A stretch of 64,000 nt of DNA, from contig OZ024751.1 in NCBI GenBank assembly GCA_964016885.1, positions 28,954,001-29,018,000 on the forward strand, written 5' to 3'. This document shows, piece after piece, positions 29,234 to 42,340 of this stretch (its first letter is position 1; the number at the start of each line of letters is the position of its first letter). The notes below the pieces were generated by a model, which saw only the letters and a program-made list of their open reading frames with translations, ran no database searches and was not told the DNA's origin. Origin of the DNA: Eledone cirrhosa (taxonomy: Eukaryota). The position numbers were made by a program, and so were the translations under genes.

Positions 29234-29632
29234 ACCACATAACTGAGTGGTTAACAAGTTTCACTCTGTAATCATAAGGTCCCAGGTTCAATCCCACATC
29301 TTGGGCAAATATCATCACCATAGCTTCATGTTGACCCAAACCGTGAGAGTTTAATTTGGTAGGCAGAAACTGTTTGGAAGCCTGTCAGATGAACTGTACC
29401 TATAATTCAACTGGTCAGTTTTGTCGCACAATGTGCCATGCTGAATCTTCCTGAGAACTTAAATGTTAAGGGTACACATGTTTGTGGAATACTCAACCAC
29501 TTAAACTATATTACAAGATGGACTGTACCTGTAATCTAACAGGCCAATCCTGTCCCACACTGAATCTCCCTGACAACTATGTTAAGGGTACATGTGTCTG
29601 TGGAATACTCAGCCACTTAAGCTATAATTGTT

Positions 29633-29815
29633 TGTACTTTTGGTACAAGGCCAGCAATTACTCAGTACATTACTGGTACTTTATTTTTTCGACCCCGTAA
29701 GGATGAAAGGCAAAGTTAACCTCGGTGGGATTTGAACTCAGAATGGCAAGGGCCGAAACTCTATGCGTCAAAGCATGGCGTCCGACCCTCTACCGATACT
29801 GCGAATCCACCACCA
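29633..29815 (-). mobile_element. SINE family S1
   Basis: Near-identical to 43328-43518. Confidence 0.9.
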
Positions 29816-30149
29816 CTTAGGCTACAATAAGGTGGACTGTACCAGTCATTCAAAGGGTCAATCTTTGTCAGTTATGTTTAAGGGTAGGGGCACATGTCTA
29901 TGTGGTATGCTTAACCACTTGCATGCTCCCACTAATTGTTTGCACCATTGATCAAGCAACCAAGGGAGTTTCTTCTGTTGTTCTTGCTGCTCTTGTTGTT
30001 GTATGAGAGAAGATAGTATAGTGGTGCTAGTAGTAGTGGTAGTAGTTGTAATGGTGTGGTAGTAGTTTTTGTTGTTTAACCCTAGGCTGGTCCTTGTAGT
30101 AGGGCAGTTGTTAAAGTGATAGTAGCTGTTGTGGTTGTGGTGCTGGTAG

Positions 30150-30995
30150 TGGTAAATGTAACTGTGGAGGTATTAGTAGTAGCTGTGGTGGTGGTGGTGG
30201 TAGCTATTGAGGTGTTGGTAGTGGTAGTAGCTGTAGTGGTAATTGTAACTGTAGAGGTGTTGGTAGTAGCCGTGGTGGTTGTGGTAGCTATGGAGGTAGT
30301 GGTAGTAGCTGTGGTGGTAGTGGTAATTGTAACTGTAGAGGTGTTGGTAGTAGCTGTGGTGGTTGTGGTAGCTATGGAGGTGTTGGTGGTAGCTGTGGTG
30401 GTAGTGGTAATTGTAACTGTAGAGGTGTTGGTAGTAGCTGTGGTGGTTGTGGTAGCTATGGAGGTGTTGGTGGTAGCTGTGGTGGTAGTGGTAATTGTAA
30501 CTGTAGAGGTGTTGGTAGTAGCTGTGGTGGTGGTGGTAGCTATGGAGGTGTTGGTGGTAGCTGTGGTGGTAGTGGTAATTGTAACTGTAGAGGTGTTGGT
30601 AGTAGCTGTGGTGGTGGTGGTAGCTATGGAGGTGTTGGTGGTAGCTGTGGTGGTAGTGGTAATTGTAACTGTAGAGGTGTTGGTAGTAGCTGTGGTGGTG
30701 GTGGTAGCTATGGAGGTAGTGGTAGTAGCTGTGGTGGTAGTGGTAATTGTAACTGTAGAGGTGTTGGTAGTAGCTGTGGTGGTGGTGGTAGCTATGGAGG
30801 TGTTGGTGGTAGCTGTGGTGGTAGTGGTAATTGTAACTGTAGAGGTGTTGGTAGTAGCTGTGGTGGTGGTGGTAGCTATGGAGGTGTTGGTGGTAGCTGT
30901 GGTGGTAGTGGTAATTGTAACTGTAGAGGTGTTGGTAGTAGCTGTGGTGGTTGTGGTAGCTATGGAGGTGTTGGTGGTAGCTGTGGTGGTAGTAG
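30150..30995. repeat. 84-bp minisatellite, ~10 copies
   Basis: GTAATTGTAACTGTAGAGG recurs every 84 bp (e.g. 30323, 30407). Confidence 0.95.
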
Positions 30996-31117
30996 TGTTT
31001 GTTGTTTAGCCCTAGGTCAGTCCTGATCAAAGGTATTCAAGTCATGATCTCTTTAGGTGTCTCCTCTCCCCTCTTTATATTTATCTCTTTGTCCTCTTCC
31101 TCCTCCTCTATATATGC

Positions 31118-31150
<33 letters not shown>

Positions 31151-31769
31151 TACACACATACACACGCATATATATATATACACATACACATGTATATATA
31201 CTCACACACACCCTGCTCTGCTCCATCCCTCTCTGATCAAACCAATCCAATTTATGATCAAAGACTTTCGAGTCATGATCATCATGTCTTTATTCTGGAA
31301 TAGTCTACCTTGGACTACATTGTCCAGTGTATCTTATCTCTTTCTATCTTATCACTCCTCCGTTTCAGCCTTACCTTCCCTCCCTCTCACCTCACCCTCT
31401 CTTTCCCTGTTACCTTTCCTACCTCACTCACCTTCACTTTCTCTATTATCCCCCGCCACTCTCTTCTTGACACCACCACCACCACTTCAATGTGGATTAA
31501 TTAATTGATATAAAATTATTGTTGCCCCTAAAGGATGTGAAAGTAGCTATTGCTGCTGCTGTTGTTGTTGTTGTTGGTGGTGGTGGTTGTGTTGGTGGTG
31601 ATAATGATGTTGGAGGTGGTGGTGGTGCTGGTTTTAGGGATTATGGTGGTAGTGGTGTGATATTTTGAAAAGATCAATCAATTTTCCTTTTGTCTTTATC
31701 GGAAATTCTCACTCTGTCTTCTACTACTACACACCACATGATCTGATAGACATGTGGTTTGCATATATA

Positions 31770-31808
<39 letters not shown>

Positions 31809-31883
31809 TTATATATATAAATGTCCCACCCTTCCAAGCAGGGAAAAGCAGACATAAAATAAAATGAAAATGAAATAAATATA

Positions 31884-32180
31884 CAATGTACCCTTGGAAT
31901 TCGCGGTCCTGGTTATTCGTGGAATTTTCCTTAGAACCTAACTAATAATTGTTCCACTGCATATTCAGGGAATCGTAAATATCTTCTGTAATTTTTTTAT
32001 GGCTTCTTTCATGGCAATATATATCTTTTGATGGTCTTTAACACTAAATTATTAATAACAATAAACCGTATTTGCAGGCCTATATTTTACGTTGTCTTGA
32101 CATTTATAAGGCATTTTTATAGACCATGTCCAGTATTCGCGGTTTTTCACTCTTCGCTTGTGCTCTTGGAAATAACCTCC
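31884..32180. mobile_element. Possible Tigger/pogo-type MITE remnant
   Basis: TA|CAATGTACCCTTGGAATTCGCGG start and repeated TATTCGCGG motifs; right TIR not seen. Confidence 0.4.
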
Positions 32181-32198
32181 ATATATATATATATATAT

Positions 32199-32383
32199 AT
32201 AGGAAAAAGTATGACCCCAACGGCAGAGCTCAAGCTGTTTCGACGTCCAGAGATAGTCGTCGAAACAGTTTGAGCTCTGCCGTCGGGGTCATACTTTTTC
32301 CTATTTCTCACTCTACTACTCTAAGTATTGAGTACTCTGGTGCGTTATGGTCCATCTGGTTCCTTACCACAATTCCTTTGTTA
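32199..32383 (+). mobile_element. Family B short element: 47-bp fold-back plus 3'-half hammerhead, in (TA)n
   Basis: Arms 32199-32245 and 32258-32304 (2 mismatches); reads GACG-loop-CGTC GAAA CAGT...GCCG TC GGGGTC. Confidence 0.85.
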
Positions 32384-32403
32384 TATATATATATATATAT
32401 ATA

Positions 32404-32570
32404 CCATATTTCCTGGCATTGAAGACACTACCTTTTTTCCTAAAATAAGTCTAAAAATCTACCATGCATACTGGAGGCCGAAGGTTGTTAAATATTTTTT
32501 TTCAAATATTTGGTTGTCAAAATTAGGGTGTGTCCTTGATGACAAATAAGGTATATATAATAATACGGTA
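32404..32570. mobile_element. TA-flanked Tc1/mariner-pogo-type MITE (decayed)
   Basis: TA|CCATATTT ... AATACGG|TA termini, like 63019-63212. Confidence 0.5.
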
Positions 32571-32574
32571 TATA

Positions 32575-33188
<614 letters not shown>

Positions 33189-33389
33189 CCACCACCACCA
33201 TTAACACCACCACCACCACCATCACCACCACCATCACCACCACCACCACCACCACCACCGCCAACACCGCCAACACCACCACCAACACCACCGCCACCAT
33301 CACCAACATCAGCAACAACAATAACACTACCAAAAGTCTGTTGAAAAGTTGCAAAGGTAATATATATGAAGTCTAAGAATGCTGTACAT

Positions 33390-34570
33390 TGGTGTGTCTA
33401 TGTGTGTATGTGGTGGTGTGTCTGTGTGTGTATGTGGTGGTGTGTCTGTGTGTGTATGTGGTGGTGTGTCTGTGTGTGTATGTGGTGGTGTGTCTGTGTG
33501 TATGTGGTGGTGTGCCTGTGTGTGTATGTGGTGTTGTGCCTGTGTGTGTGGTGTTGTGCCTGTGTGTATGTGGTGTTGTGCCTGTGTGTATGTGGTGTTG
33601 TGCCTGTGTGTATGTGGTGTTGTGCCTGTGTGTATGTGGTGTTGTGCCTGTGTGTGTATGTGGTGTTGTGCCTGTGTGTGTATGTGGTGTTGTGCCTGTG
33701 TGTATGTGGTGTTGTGCCTGTGTGTGTATGTGGTGTTGTGCCTGTGTGTGTGGTGTTGTGCCTGTGTGTATGTGGTGTTGTGCCTGTGTATGTATGTGGT
33801 GTTGTGCCTGTGTGTATGTGGTGTTGTGCCTGTGTGTATGTGGTGTTGTGCCTGTGTGTGTATGTGGTGTTGTGCCTGTGTGTATGTGGTGTTGTGCCTG
33901 TGTGTGTATGTGGTGTTGTGCCTGTGTGTGTATGTGGTGTTGTGCCTGTGTGTGTGGTGTTGTGCCTGTGTGTATGTGGTGTTGTGCCTGTGTATGTATG
34001 TGGTGTTGTGCCTGTGTGTATGTGGTGGTATGTCTGTGTGTGTATGTGGTGTTGTGCCTGTGTGTATGTGGTGTTGTGCCTGTGTGTATGTGGTGTTGTG
34101 CCTGTGTGTGTATGTGGTGTTGTGCCTGTGTGTATGTGGTGTTGTGCCTGTGTGTATGTGGTGTTGTGCCTGTGTGTATGTGGTGTTGTGCCTGTGTGTA
34201 TGTGGTGTTGTGCCTGTGTGTGTATGTGGTGTTGTGCCTGTGTGTGAATGTGGTGTTGTGCCTGTGTGTGTGGTGTTGTGCCTGTGTGTATGTGGTGTTG
34301 TGCCTGTGTATGTATGTGGTGTTGTGCCTGTGTGTATGTGGTGTTGTGCCTGTGTGTATGTGGTGGTATGTCTGTGTGTGTATGTGGTGTTGTGCCTGTG
34401 TGTATGTGGTGTTGTGCCTGTGTGTATGTGGTGTTGTGCCTGTGTGTATGTGGTGGTATGTCTGTGTGTGTATGTGGTGTTGTGCCTGTGTGTATGTGGT
34501 GGTGTGTCTGTGTGTGTATGTGGTGTTGTGCCTGTGTGTATGTGGTGTTGTGCCTGCGTGTGTGTAGTGG
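33390..34570. repeat. ~22-26-bp minisatellite GTGTATGTGGTGTTGTGCCTGT(GT)n
   Basis: Direct inspection; source of the Cys/Val ORFs. Confidence 0.95.
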
Positions 34571-36046
34571 TGTGTCTGTTTGTTTATGTGAGGTGGTGTG
34601 TGTGTGTGTGTGTGTGTGTGGTGTTGTGTCTGTGTGTTAGTGGTGTGTGTCTTTGTATATGTGGTGGTGGTGGGCTGGGTGCTAGTGGTGGTGGTGGTGG
34701 TGGTGTTATGTAATCGCCAAAGATGGTGGGGGCGAGGGGTGAATACCAGTAGCAGGGTGCCATAATTAACAGTGTTCGTGAAATGGTTAAGGACCGAAAT
34801 GCATTAGCTATTGATATTGTACACAGCATGGTATGTTGAGGAGACTTAAGTGGTAGTGTTACAACACTAGGACAACAACGGTAGTGGTGGTGGTATTGAT
34901 GGTGGTGGTGGTAGTGGTAGTGGTTGTGGTTGTGATAGTGGTGGTGGTGATAGTGGTGGTAGTGATGGTGGTGGTGATGGTAGTGGTGATGGTGGTGGTG
35001 GTGGTAGTGATGGTGGTGGTGGTGGTGGTGTTGGTGGTTGTGGTGGTGATAGTGGTGGTAGTGATGGTGGTGGTGATGGTAGTGGTGATGGTGGTGGTGG
35101 TGGTAGTGATGGTGGTGGTGGTGGTGGTAGTGGTGTTGGTGGTTGTGGTGGTGATAGTGGTGGTAGTGATGGTGGTGGTGATGGTAGTGTGGGTAGTGGT
35201 GGTAGTGATGGTGGTGGTATTGATGGTAGTGGTGGTAGTGGTGATGATGGTGGTGGTAGTGATGGTTGTGGTGTTGGTAGTGATGGTGGTGGTATAGTGG
35301 TGGGGGTGTGATGGTGGTGGTGGAGGCAACAGTTGCTAGTTTTGGTGGTGGTGGTGTGATGGTGGTAGTGTTGTTGTTGTTGCTGTTGTTAGTGATGGTC
35401 TTGGTGGTGGTGGTAGTGGTGGTATTGATGGTGGTGGTATTGATGGTGGTAGTGATGACAGTGGCAATGGTTGTTAGTTTTGGTGGTGGTGGTGGTGGTG
35501 TAATGGTGGTGGTGTGATGGTGGTAGTGTTATTGGTGGTGGTGGCAACGGTAGTGGTGGTTTAGTAGTGGTTGTGGTGGTGATGGTGTGATAGTATTGGT
35601 GGTGGTGATGGTGGTTGCATTGGTTGCTAGTTTTGGTGGTTGTAGTAGTGGTGGTGGTGGTGATAATGGTGGTGGAGTGATGATGGTAGTGGTGGTGGAG
35701 TGATGATGGTTGTAGCATTGATGATAGTGGTAGTGTGATAACAGTTCTAGTGACGGTAATAGTAGAGTTGGTGAAGGTGGTGGTGTTAGTGTTAGTGCTG
35801 TGGCTGGTTGTGGTGTAGTGATGAAGATCAATGTGCAGGTTGTAGTTGTGGTGGTGGTGTTGCTGGTGGTTGTAATGATTATTGGTATAGCTATGGTTGT
35901 GCTAGTAGCAACATCGTGATGTAAAGGAACCATTATAAAGATTTATTCCTCAAAATTTGTCAACATTATAACATTGATTCACAGTATATAGTGGTAGTTT
36001 CTGAGATATTTAATCTGAAATGATATCTAATTTTTTGAAACACCCT

Positions 36047-36048
<2 letters not shown>

Positions 36049-36078
<30 letters not shown>

Positions 36079-36225
36079 ACGTCCGCTTTTCCTTGCTTGC
36101 AAGGGTGGGATGGGTCCTATTCAGCACAGCATCTCTCCATTTGTCACAGTCCTTCGTCATCTCCTCCGTGAGTTTCAGCAATCTGAGGTCTGCTCTCACC
36201 ACCCCCGTCCATGTTTTTCGTGGTC
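36049..36225 (-). mobile_element. RTE LINE 3' end with (GAT)n tail
   Basis: VVRADLRLLKLTEEMTKDCDKWRDAVLNRTHPTLASKEKRT; inverted relative to 37045-37215. Confidence 0.9.
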
Positions 36226-36258
36226 TATATATATTTACTTATTAAAATAACAGATTAA

Positions 36259-36309
36259 AGTTTAAGCAAAGAATCGCTGCTTTCACCCTTAACGGGATCT
36301 TCTGAAACT
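36259..36309 (-). ncRNA. Decayed type-I hammerhead-like motif (CAGAAGA core)
   Basis: AGTTT CAGAAGA TCCC-GTTAA-GGGT GAAA GCAG..TTGC TT AAACT; stems I-III pair but U4 is replaced by A. Confidence 0.4.
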
Positions 36310-36481
36310 AAAAAAAATCAATCTGTGAACGCAAAAGTAAATATTTTGAAAAATGTTGCTACCGAAGGAAAACAGGAAGAGGATACTTTGGTTCATGAAA
36401 ACGTTCCCTGACAATGAACAGAAAAAAGCAAAGATTATACGTCGTTATGCGGAGTGATGAGAACAATTACACGCAAAGATA

Positions 36482-37215
36482 AAAACAGGTAGGGAGAAAT
36501 ACGTATGCAGTAGATGTACAGGGAAATTAGACAGAAGTCGTATTGATAGACACATTTTTCAAATGCAGGCGGGTGCTATAGAAGTGGTGGATAGCTTCCG
36601 GTACCTAGGAAATCAGATTAGCATGGGAGGGGGAGGGGTGTTCCGAGGCCATAGTATCTAGAATAAGGACGGGTTGGAAGAAGTTTAGGGGGCTGCTTCC
36701 TCTGCTGACGAAGAAGGGTTTCTCCCTGCGTATGAAAGGCCGGTTATATGATGCCTGTGTGAGGAGTGCGATGCTGCATGGTAGTGAGACATGGGCAGCA
36801 ACTGCAGAGGATATGCAACGGTTGGAGAGGAATGAGGCAAGCATACTCCGTTGGATGTGCAATGTCAATGTGCGTGAACGACACAGCATGGATGTGTTAA
36901 GAGAGAAACTGTGTTTGAGAGGGATAGAATGTACTGTGTGAGAGAGGAGACTGAGGTGGTATGGACATGTGATGCGCATGGAGGATGACCGATGGGTGAA
37001 GAAGTGCCAGGAAATGCCAGTTGAAGGAAGACGTGGTAGAGGTAAACCACGAAAAACATGGGCGGAGGTGGTGAGAACAGACCTCAGATCGCTGAAGCTC
37101 ACGGTGGAGATGACGAAGGACCGTGACAAGTGGAGAGATGCTGTGCTGAATAAGACCCGTCCCACCATTGCAAGCAGGGAAAAGCGGACGTAAAATGATC
37201 ATGATGATGATGATG
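36482..37215 (+). mobile_element. RTE-clade LINE, 5'-truncated (RT C-terminus, pseudogenised)
   Basis: YVCSRC..EVVDSFRYLG..RIRTGWKKFRGLLPLL..KGRLYDACVRSAMLHGSETW..RRLRWYGHVMRM..GRRGRGKPRKTW; frameshift near 36630, stop at 36939-41; (ATG)n tail. Confidence 0.95.
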
Positions 37216-37915
37216 TGTGTGTGTGTATGTATAAATATATATATGTGTGTGTATTTCTATGTATGTATGTATGTATGTATAAATATATATATGTGTGTGT
37301 GTTTCTATGTATGTATAAATGAATGTTATGTTAAAAATTACTCCAATTTTAGTTAGAAAAATAATTAGTTTCAATGTTTTGGTCAATATTCCTTACATGG
37401 TAACAATGCTTGATAGGGGGGGGGGGAAACAATGTCTTGTCTCTCCTTCCCCTCTCCTTCTTTCCTATCTCCTCTTTTCCTCTTCCCTCTATCTCTCCTT
37501 CTCCTCTCTCCTTTTTCATCGTCCTCTCTCCTTTCTTCCCTCTTCTCCCTTTTCTCTCCTCTCTTCTTTCTCTCTCCACTCTTATCTTCCTTTTCCTTCT
37601 GTCCCCTCCTCTCTTCCCTCTCTCTCTACTCCTCTCTTCTCTTCCCACTCTCCACCTCCTCTTCCCTCTTCTCCCCATCTCTCCTTCTTGTTCTTCTCCT
37701 CTCTTCCTATTCCCTCTCTCTCTTCTCCCTCCCTCCCTCTATCCCTCATCTTCTCTCCTCCTCCTCCTCCTTCTCCCCTTCTCTTTCTACAAATTTCCAT
37801 TTGAGTTTCTGCTTTTTTTTAGTTTTTCTATAACTTTTCATTTTTTAAAATTTCTATTTTCATATTTATGTTAACTGGCACCCCTCCTCCACATCTACTC
37901 CACCCCACACCAAAA

Positions 37916-38037
37916 TAATAGGTGTTGGTGGTATAGGCGATAGTGGTATAGGTGTTGGTGGTATAGGCGATAGTGGTATAGGTGTTGGTGGTATAGGCGA
38001 TAGTGGTATAGGTGTTGGTGGTATAGGTGATAGTGGT
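37916..38037. repeat. 30-bp tandem repeat GGTGTTGGTGGTATAGGCGATAGTGGTATA x4
   Basis: Direct inspection. Confidence 0.95.
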
Positions 38038-39624
38038 AGTGAAGATACTAGTTGTGTTGTGGGTAATGGGGGTAGTGTCACTGGTGATGGTATTTCTAGT
38101 GTTAGTAGTGGTGGTATCACTGGTAGTGGTGGTGTCAGTGGTGGTGGTGGTGGTGGTGATGGTATTGGTGCTGTCAGTGGTGGTGGTGTCAGTGATGGTG
38201 TCATTGGTGGTGGTGGTAGTGATGGTATTGGTGCTATCAGTGGTGGTAGTGTCAGTGGTGGTGGTGTCAGTGGTTGTAGTGGTGATGGTGGTGGTAGTGT
38301 CAGTGGTGGTGATGGTATTGGTGGTATCAGTGGTGGTGGTGGTGGTGTCAGTAATCATATTATTAGTATTGGTGGAGGGGGTGGGTAGGTGGGCAGTATT
38401 TATCCTATCTACATTGAGTATTTGTTTTAAATAAAAAGGTGTATGGTGGGTGAGTGGGTGGGTGGAGCTTATTGGCTGTGTGTTCTTTCTACCCTTTAGT
38501 CTCTTTCACATTCCCCCATCAGACACACCACCACCACCATCATCTACACACCACTCCATCATCATCTTCCATTAGACACACAATCAACACCACTGACACA
38601 CAACCACCATGACCACCACCACACATACAGCACCACCCCTGATAATACATCACTATCATCCACATATACAACCACAAGCACAGACACACCATCACCACCA
38701 CCATCATATGCACACACACACACACACACACACTACGCCATCACCGTACATACACCACTACCACCATCTTCCGTACACTTACCACCACCCCTACTACTGC
38801 CACACACCACCATCACTGACACTCCTACCACCACCACCATCATCCACACACCTCCATCATCACCGCCATAATCCACACCACCACCATCATATACACACCT
38901 CCATCATCACTGACACTCCTATCACCACCAATGCCACCACACACACATGCCAAGATAGAAAATTAGAAAGAAAACTATCTCCACCACTCACCACGCCACC
39001 CTCACCTAACAACATAACAAACATTGTATTAAATAATTGTTGTTTTTTTAATAAGGTACATATTAAAAAAAAACAACACAAAATAGACAAGAAAAACATA
39101 ACAATAATACAATTGAAACAGCGATGGAGTGAGGTGGAGGTTGGATGGGAGTCGGAGGTTGGGGCTGGACATGGTGTGGGGTTGGGGAGGTGGGTTAGGA
39201 TAAAAAGAAGCAAAATAAAAAGATAAACTTAAAATGACTACATCTACGAAAGATAATAATAATAACAATAACGACCACAACAATGATAACAACAATAACC
39301 ACAGCAATAACAACAACAATGACTACAGCAATGATGACAGCAACAACAGCTATAATAATAGCAACAGTAGTAATAACAACAACAACAACAGCAATAACAG
39401 CAACAGCAACAACAACAACACTAACAATAACAGTAATAACAGCAATATCTTTCATAAGCAAACATGAAGCAAACCAAAATTTTTCCATCTTGAAACTTGA
39501 AAAATTCATTAAAATTTTCTTGTTATCATCTCCTCTCTTCGCATATTCTTGATTGCGATAACTGAAAGTGTACAGAAATTTTGGCATAAAAAAGAATACA
39601 AAAGACAAGAAACTATTATCATTA

Positions 39625-39673
<49 letters not shown>

Positions 39674-40530
39674 AGTTATCATTATTGTCATTACCATTAT
39701 TGCTATAATTATTATTAATATTGTTATCACAATTATTATTTTTATTATTGTTATTATTGTTGTTGTCACTATTAAGGTTTTCTTATTTATTTATTTATTT
39801 TATTTATATATTTTATTTACTATGTTTCTTGTTTTTTTTTTCTTTTCGAAATTATTATTTTTTGTTTTGTTTTATTATATTTTGTTATATTTCTAAATTA
39901 TTCCCCCCACTCCCCTCCTCCTCCTCTACCCCGTATCTACCCCCCTCCTCCGTCCTGCTACCCACCCACCCATCCCTGCCGCCACTTCTGTTTTAAATAA
40001 ATCAATAAGAAATGTGATAAGAAAAAGCTAAAGTGTTTATTTTGTAATTAGTGTGGGAAATTCTATCTGCAGTTGACGTGAGTGGCAATCTATTACTGTA
40101 GCTGCTTCCTTCTTTTTCGTCGTCCTTCTTCGTCGTTCTTCTTCGTTCATGTCTTTCGTTACTTCTTCTTTCGATGGCTACTGTGACAATTGGGTTGTTG
40201 TTCTTGCCCTTCCTCATCATTTCCTCTACTATTTTTTAACCTTTTTTTTTTTACCTTTTTTTTTTGCACCCATCAAACAAAAGATTCATTCCGAAACATA
40301 CATGACGTTTTGTGTGTGTATTTATATTATGTATATTATATGTATATATATATATTATTATTATATATATTATATGTATATATATTATTATTATTTATAT
40401 GTATATGCATTGCATTATGTATATGTATAGCATTATGTATATGTATAGCATTATGTATATGTATAGATATTGCATTATGTATATGTATATATGTATTATA
40501 TTATGTATATGTATATTACTGTTATGTTTA

Positions 40531-41109
40531 TCTATATATATAAAACTGAGGATGTCTGTCTGTGTGTATGTGAGTTTGAATCCCTAAAACTAGAGAAGCA
40601 CCCAACTGACTGTTTTCAAACTTTACATATGTAATACTATGTTTCAGGGAGTGTTCTGGGCAATAAAAATTTCAAATTTTCAATGCCCTAGGGACCGCAT
40701 TAGGCGATTTAGCGATCTCTCTCTATAATTCTTAGTCTTTCTCTTTTTAGATAGATACATACATATAACGTCGCGCCCTTATAATATCTGTATGTCTGGC
40801 TGTCTGCCTTACGTCACTTCCTACAATTCGCTCTGTGTCCAGAATGCGCCCTTATAATATCTGTCTGGCTGTCTGCTGCCTCCGGTTATTATGCCACCCT
40901 TGCTCAAGACAAATCTCACACTCATTCCCCAAACAGTTGGTAAGTGCACACAACTTCTTCCTCACGTTTTAAGCCACAGTGTTGCTTACTTACGTACCAC
41001 CAGACCCTTACTTCTTTGCCAGCCGTGGTTGTGGCAATATTAAGCTTAGCTAAGGCGGTTATATATTTCACAATACCTTATCCAGTGCAACGCCGGGTAC
41101 CACTGCTAG
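40531..41109 (+). mobile_element. Non-autonomous Helitron
   Basis: 5' A|TCTATATATATAAAACTGAGGATGTCTGTCTG; 3' subterminal hairpin CCAGTGCAACGCCGG then CTAG|T; inserted at an AT site without TSD. Confidence 0.8.
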
Positions 41110-41289
41110 TATATTATAATTCTGTTATGTATTTTATTGTATTATGTATACATGCATTTAGTATATGTATATGAAATCATATATATTATATGTATATGTA
41201 TTTCACTATGTATATATATATTTGTGTATATATTTTATTATATATATATATATATATATATTATGTATATAATCAATATATTTTAGCAT

Positions 41290-41995
41290 GTAGGTAGGGT
41301 CCACTAGGGTTCAGTCCTTAGCCCCCTTGTTTACCATAATGCTGTAGTCCATAGCAGAAATATTTAAGACTGGATGCCACTTGGAGCTCCTATATATTGA
41401 TGACCTAGTTCTTATAGCTGAGTGTGTAGTAGATTCCAAGATGAAATTCCAGGCATCGACACAAAACCTGGAAGCAACAGGCCTCAAAGTAAACCTAGAA
41501 ACAATTAAGTAGGAAAGATCACAGGACTCTGTTATTAACAGGGCAATGACTGTGTTTGATTTGCAGAAAAGGAGTAGATAGAATTTCTATACTATGTATC
41601 AAGTGTAAATTATGTAGAAGTAGTATAACTGGATCACAGGAAAGCTAATCAGAAAGGCAGATTGTATAGGAGTAATAAGGTAGAGTTTCTATGTGGTACA
41701 TTGTATAGGAACAATAGAGTTTGTATGTAGTAGATTGTATAGGAGCTATAAGGTAGAGCTTGTATGTGGTAGATATTATAGGTGTAATAAGGTGGTGCTT
41801 GTATGTGGTAAATTCTATAGGTGCAATAAGGTCGTGTTTGTATGTGGTAGATTCTATAGAAGCAATAAGCACTAAGAAGTCACATGTGAAATATATTCTC
41901 ACAAATGATTGGAAAGCTTCTTAAAAGTAGTTGATAGCTTTTATTAACTTGGTGACCTAATTTGCAGTGGAGATGGAAAACAAATGAGCTGGGAG
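41290..41995 (+). pseudogene. Decayed RTE reverse transcriptase core with embedded Cys/His (PHD-like) finger
   Basis: VH*GSVLSPL, ELLYIDDLVLIAE (YADD box), GLKVNL, CLICRKGV..ISILCIKCKL, LKVVDSFY*LGDLI; many stops; a 39-bp tandem repeat lies at 41655-41870. Confidence 0.85.
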
Positions 41996-42189
41996 AAAAA
42001 CTCTTATTTCAGAAAAGCCATCACTCAGCAGAACATATATAAGCTTTATTTTTTTTTCTAGTCTTTGCAAATTCCTTTACATTTAAGGTCCAGATATCAC
42101 ATATAGGATCACTGTTCATACACACGCATCATACAATCTGTCCTTCACTCGGAAAGAGAAACTTGTTTTTACTTAGACAATGTAGTCTA

Positions 42190-42340
42190 AGTGGTGAATT
42201 GGCAGAGTCGTTAGAACGTCAGATATAATGATTTGTTCTGGATTTCTGCTTTCTCAGTTCAAATCCTGCCATGGTCAATTTTGTTTTTCCTCCATTTGAG
42301 GTCGATCAAAAAGTACCAGTCTAATACTGGGGTTGATTCT
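42190..42340 (+). mobile_element. SINE family S1 (diverged)
   Basis: TGGCAGAGTCG A-box, GTTCAAATCC B-box, GGTCGATCAAAAAGTACCAG. Confidence 0.7.

Noticed and set aside
34773-34830. Plus-strand mini-exon VREMVKDRNALAIDIVHSM
   Set aside because: It resembles the RTE C-terminal EMTKDRDKW motif and has a poor pyrimidine tract, so it is not supportable as a host exon.
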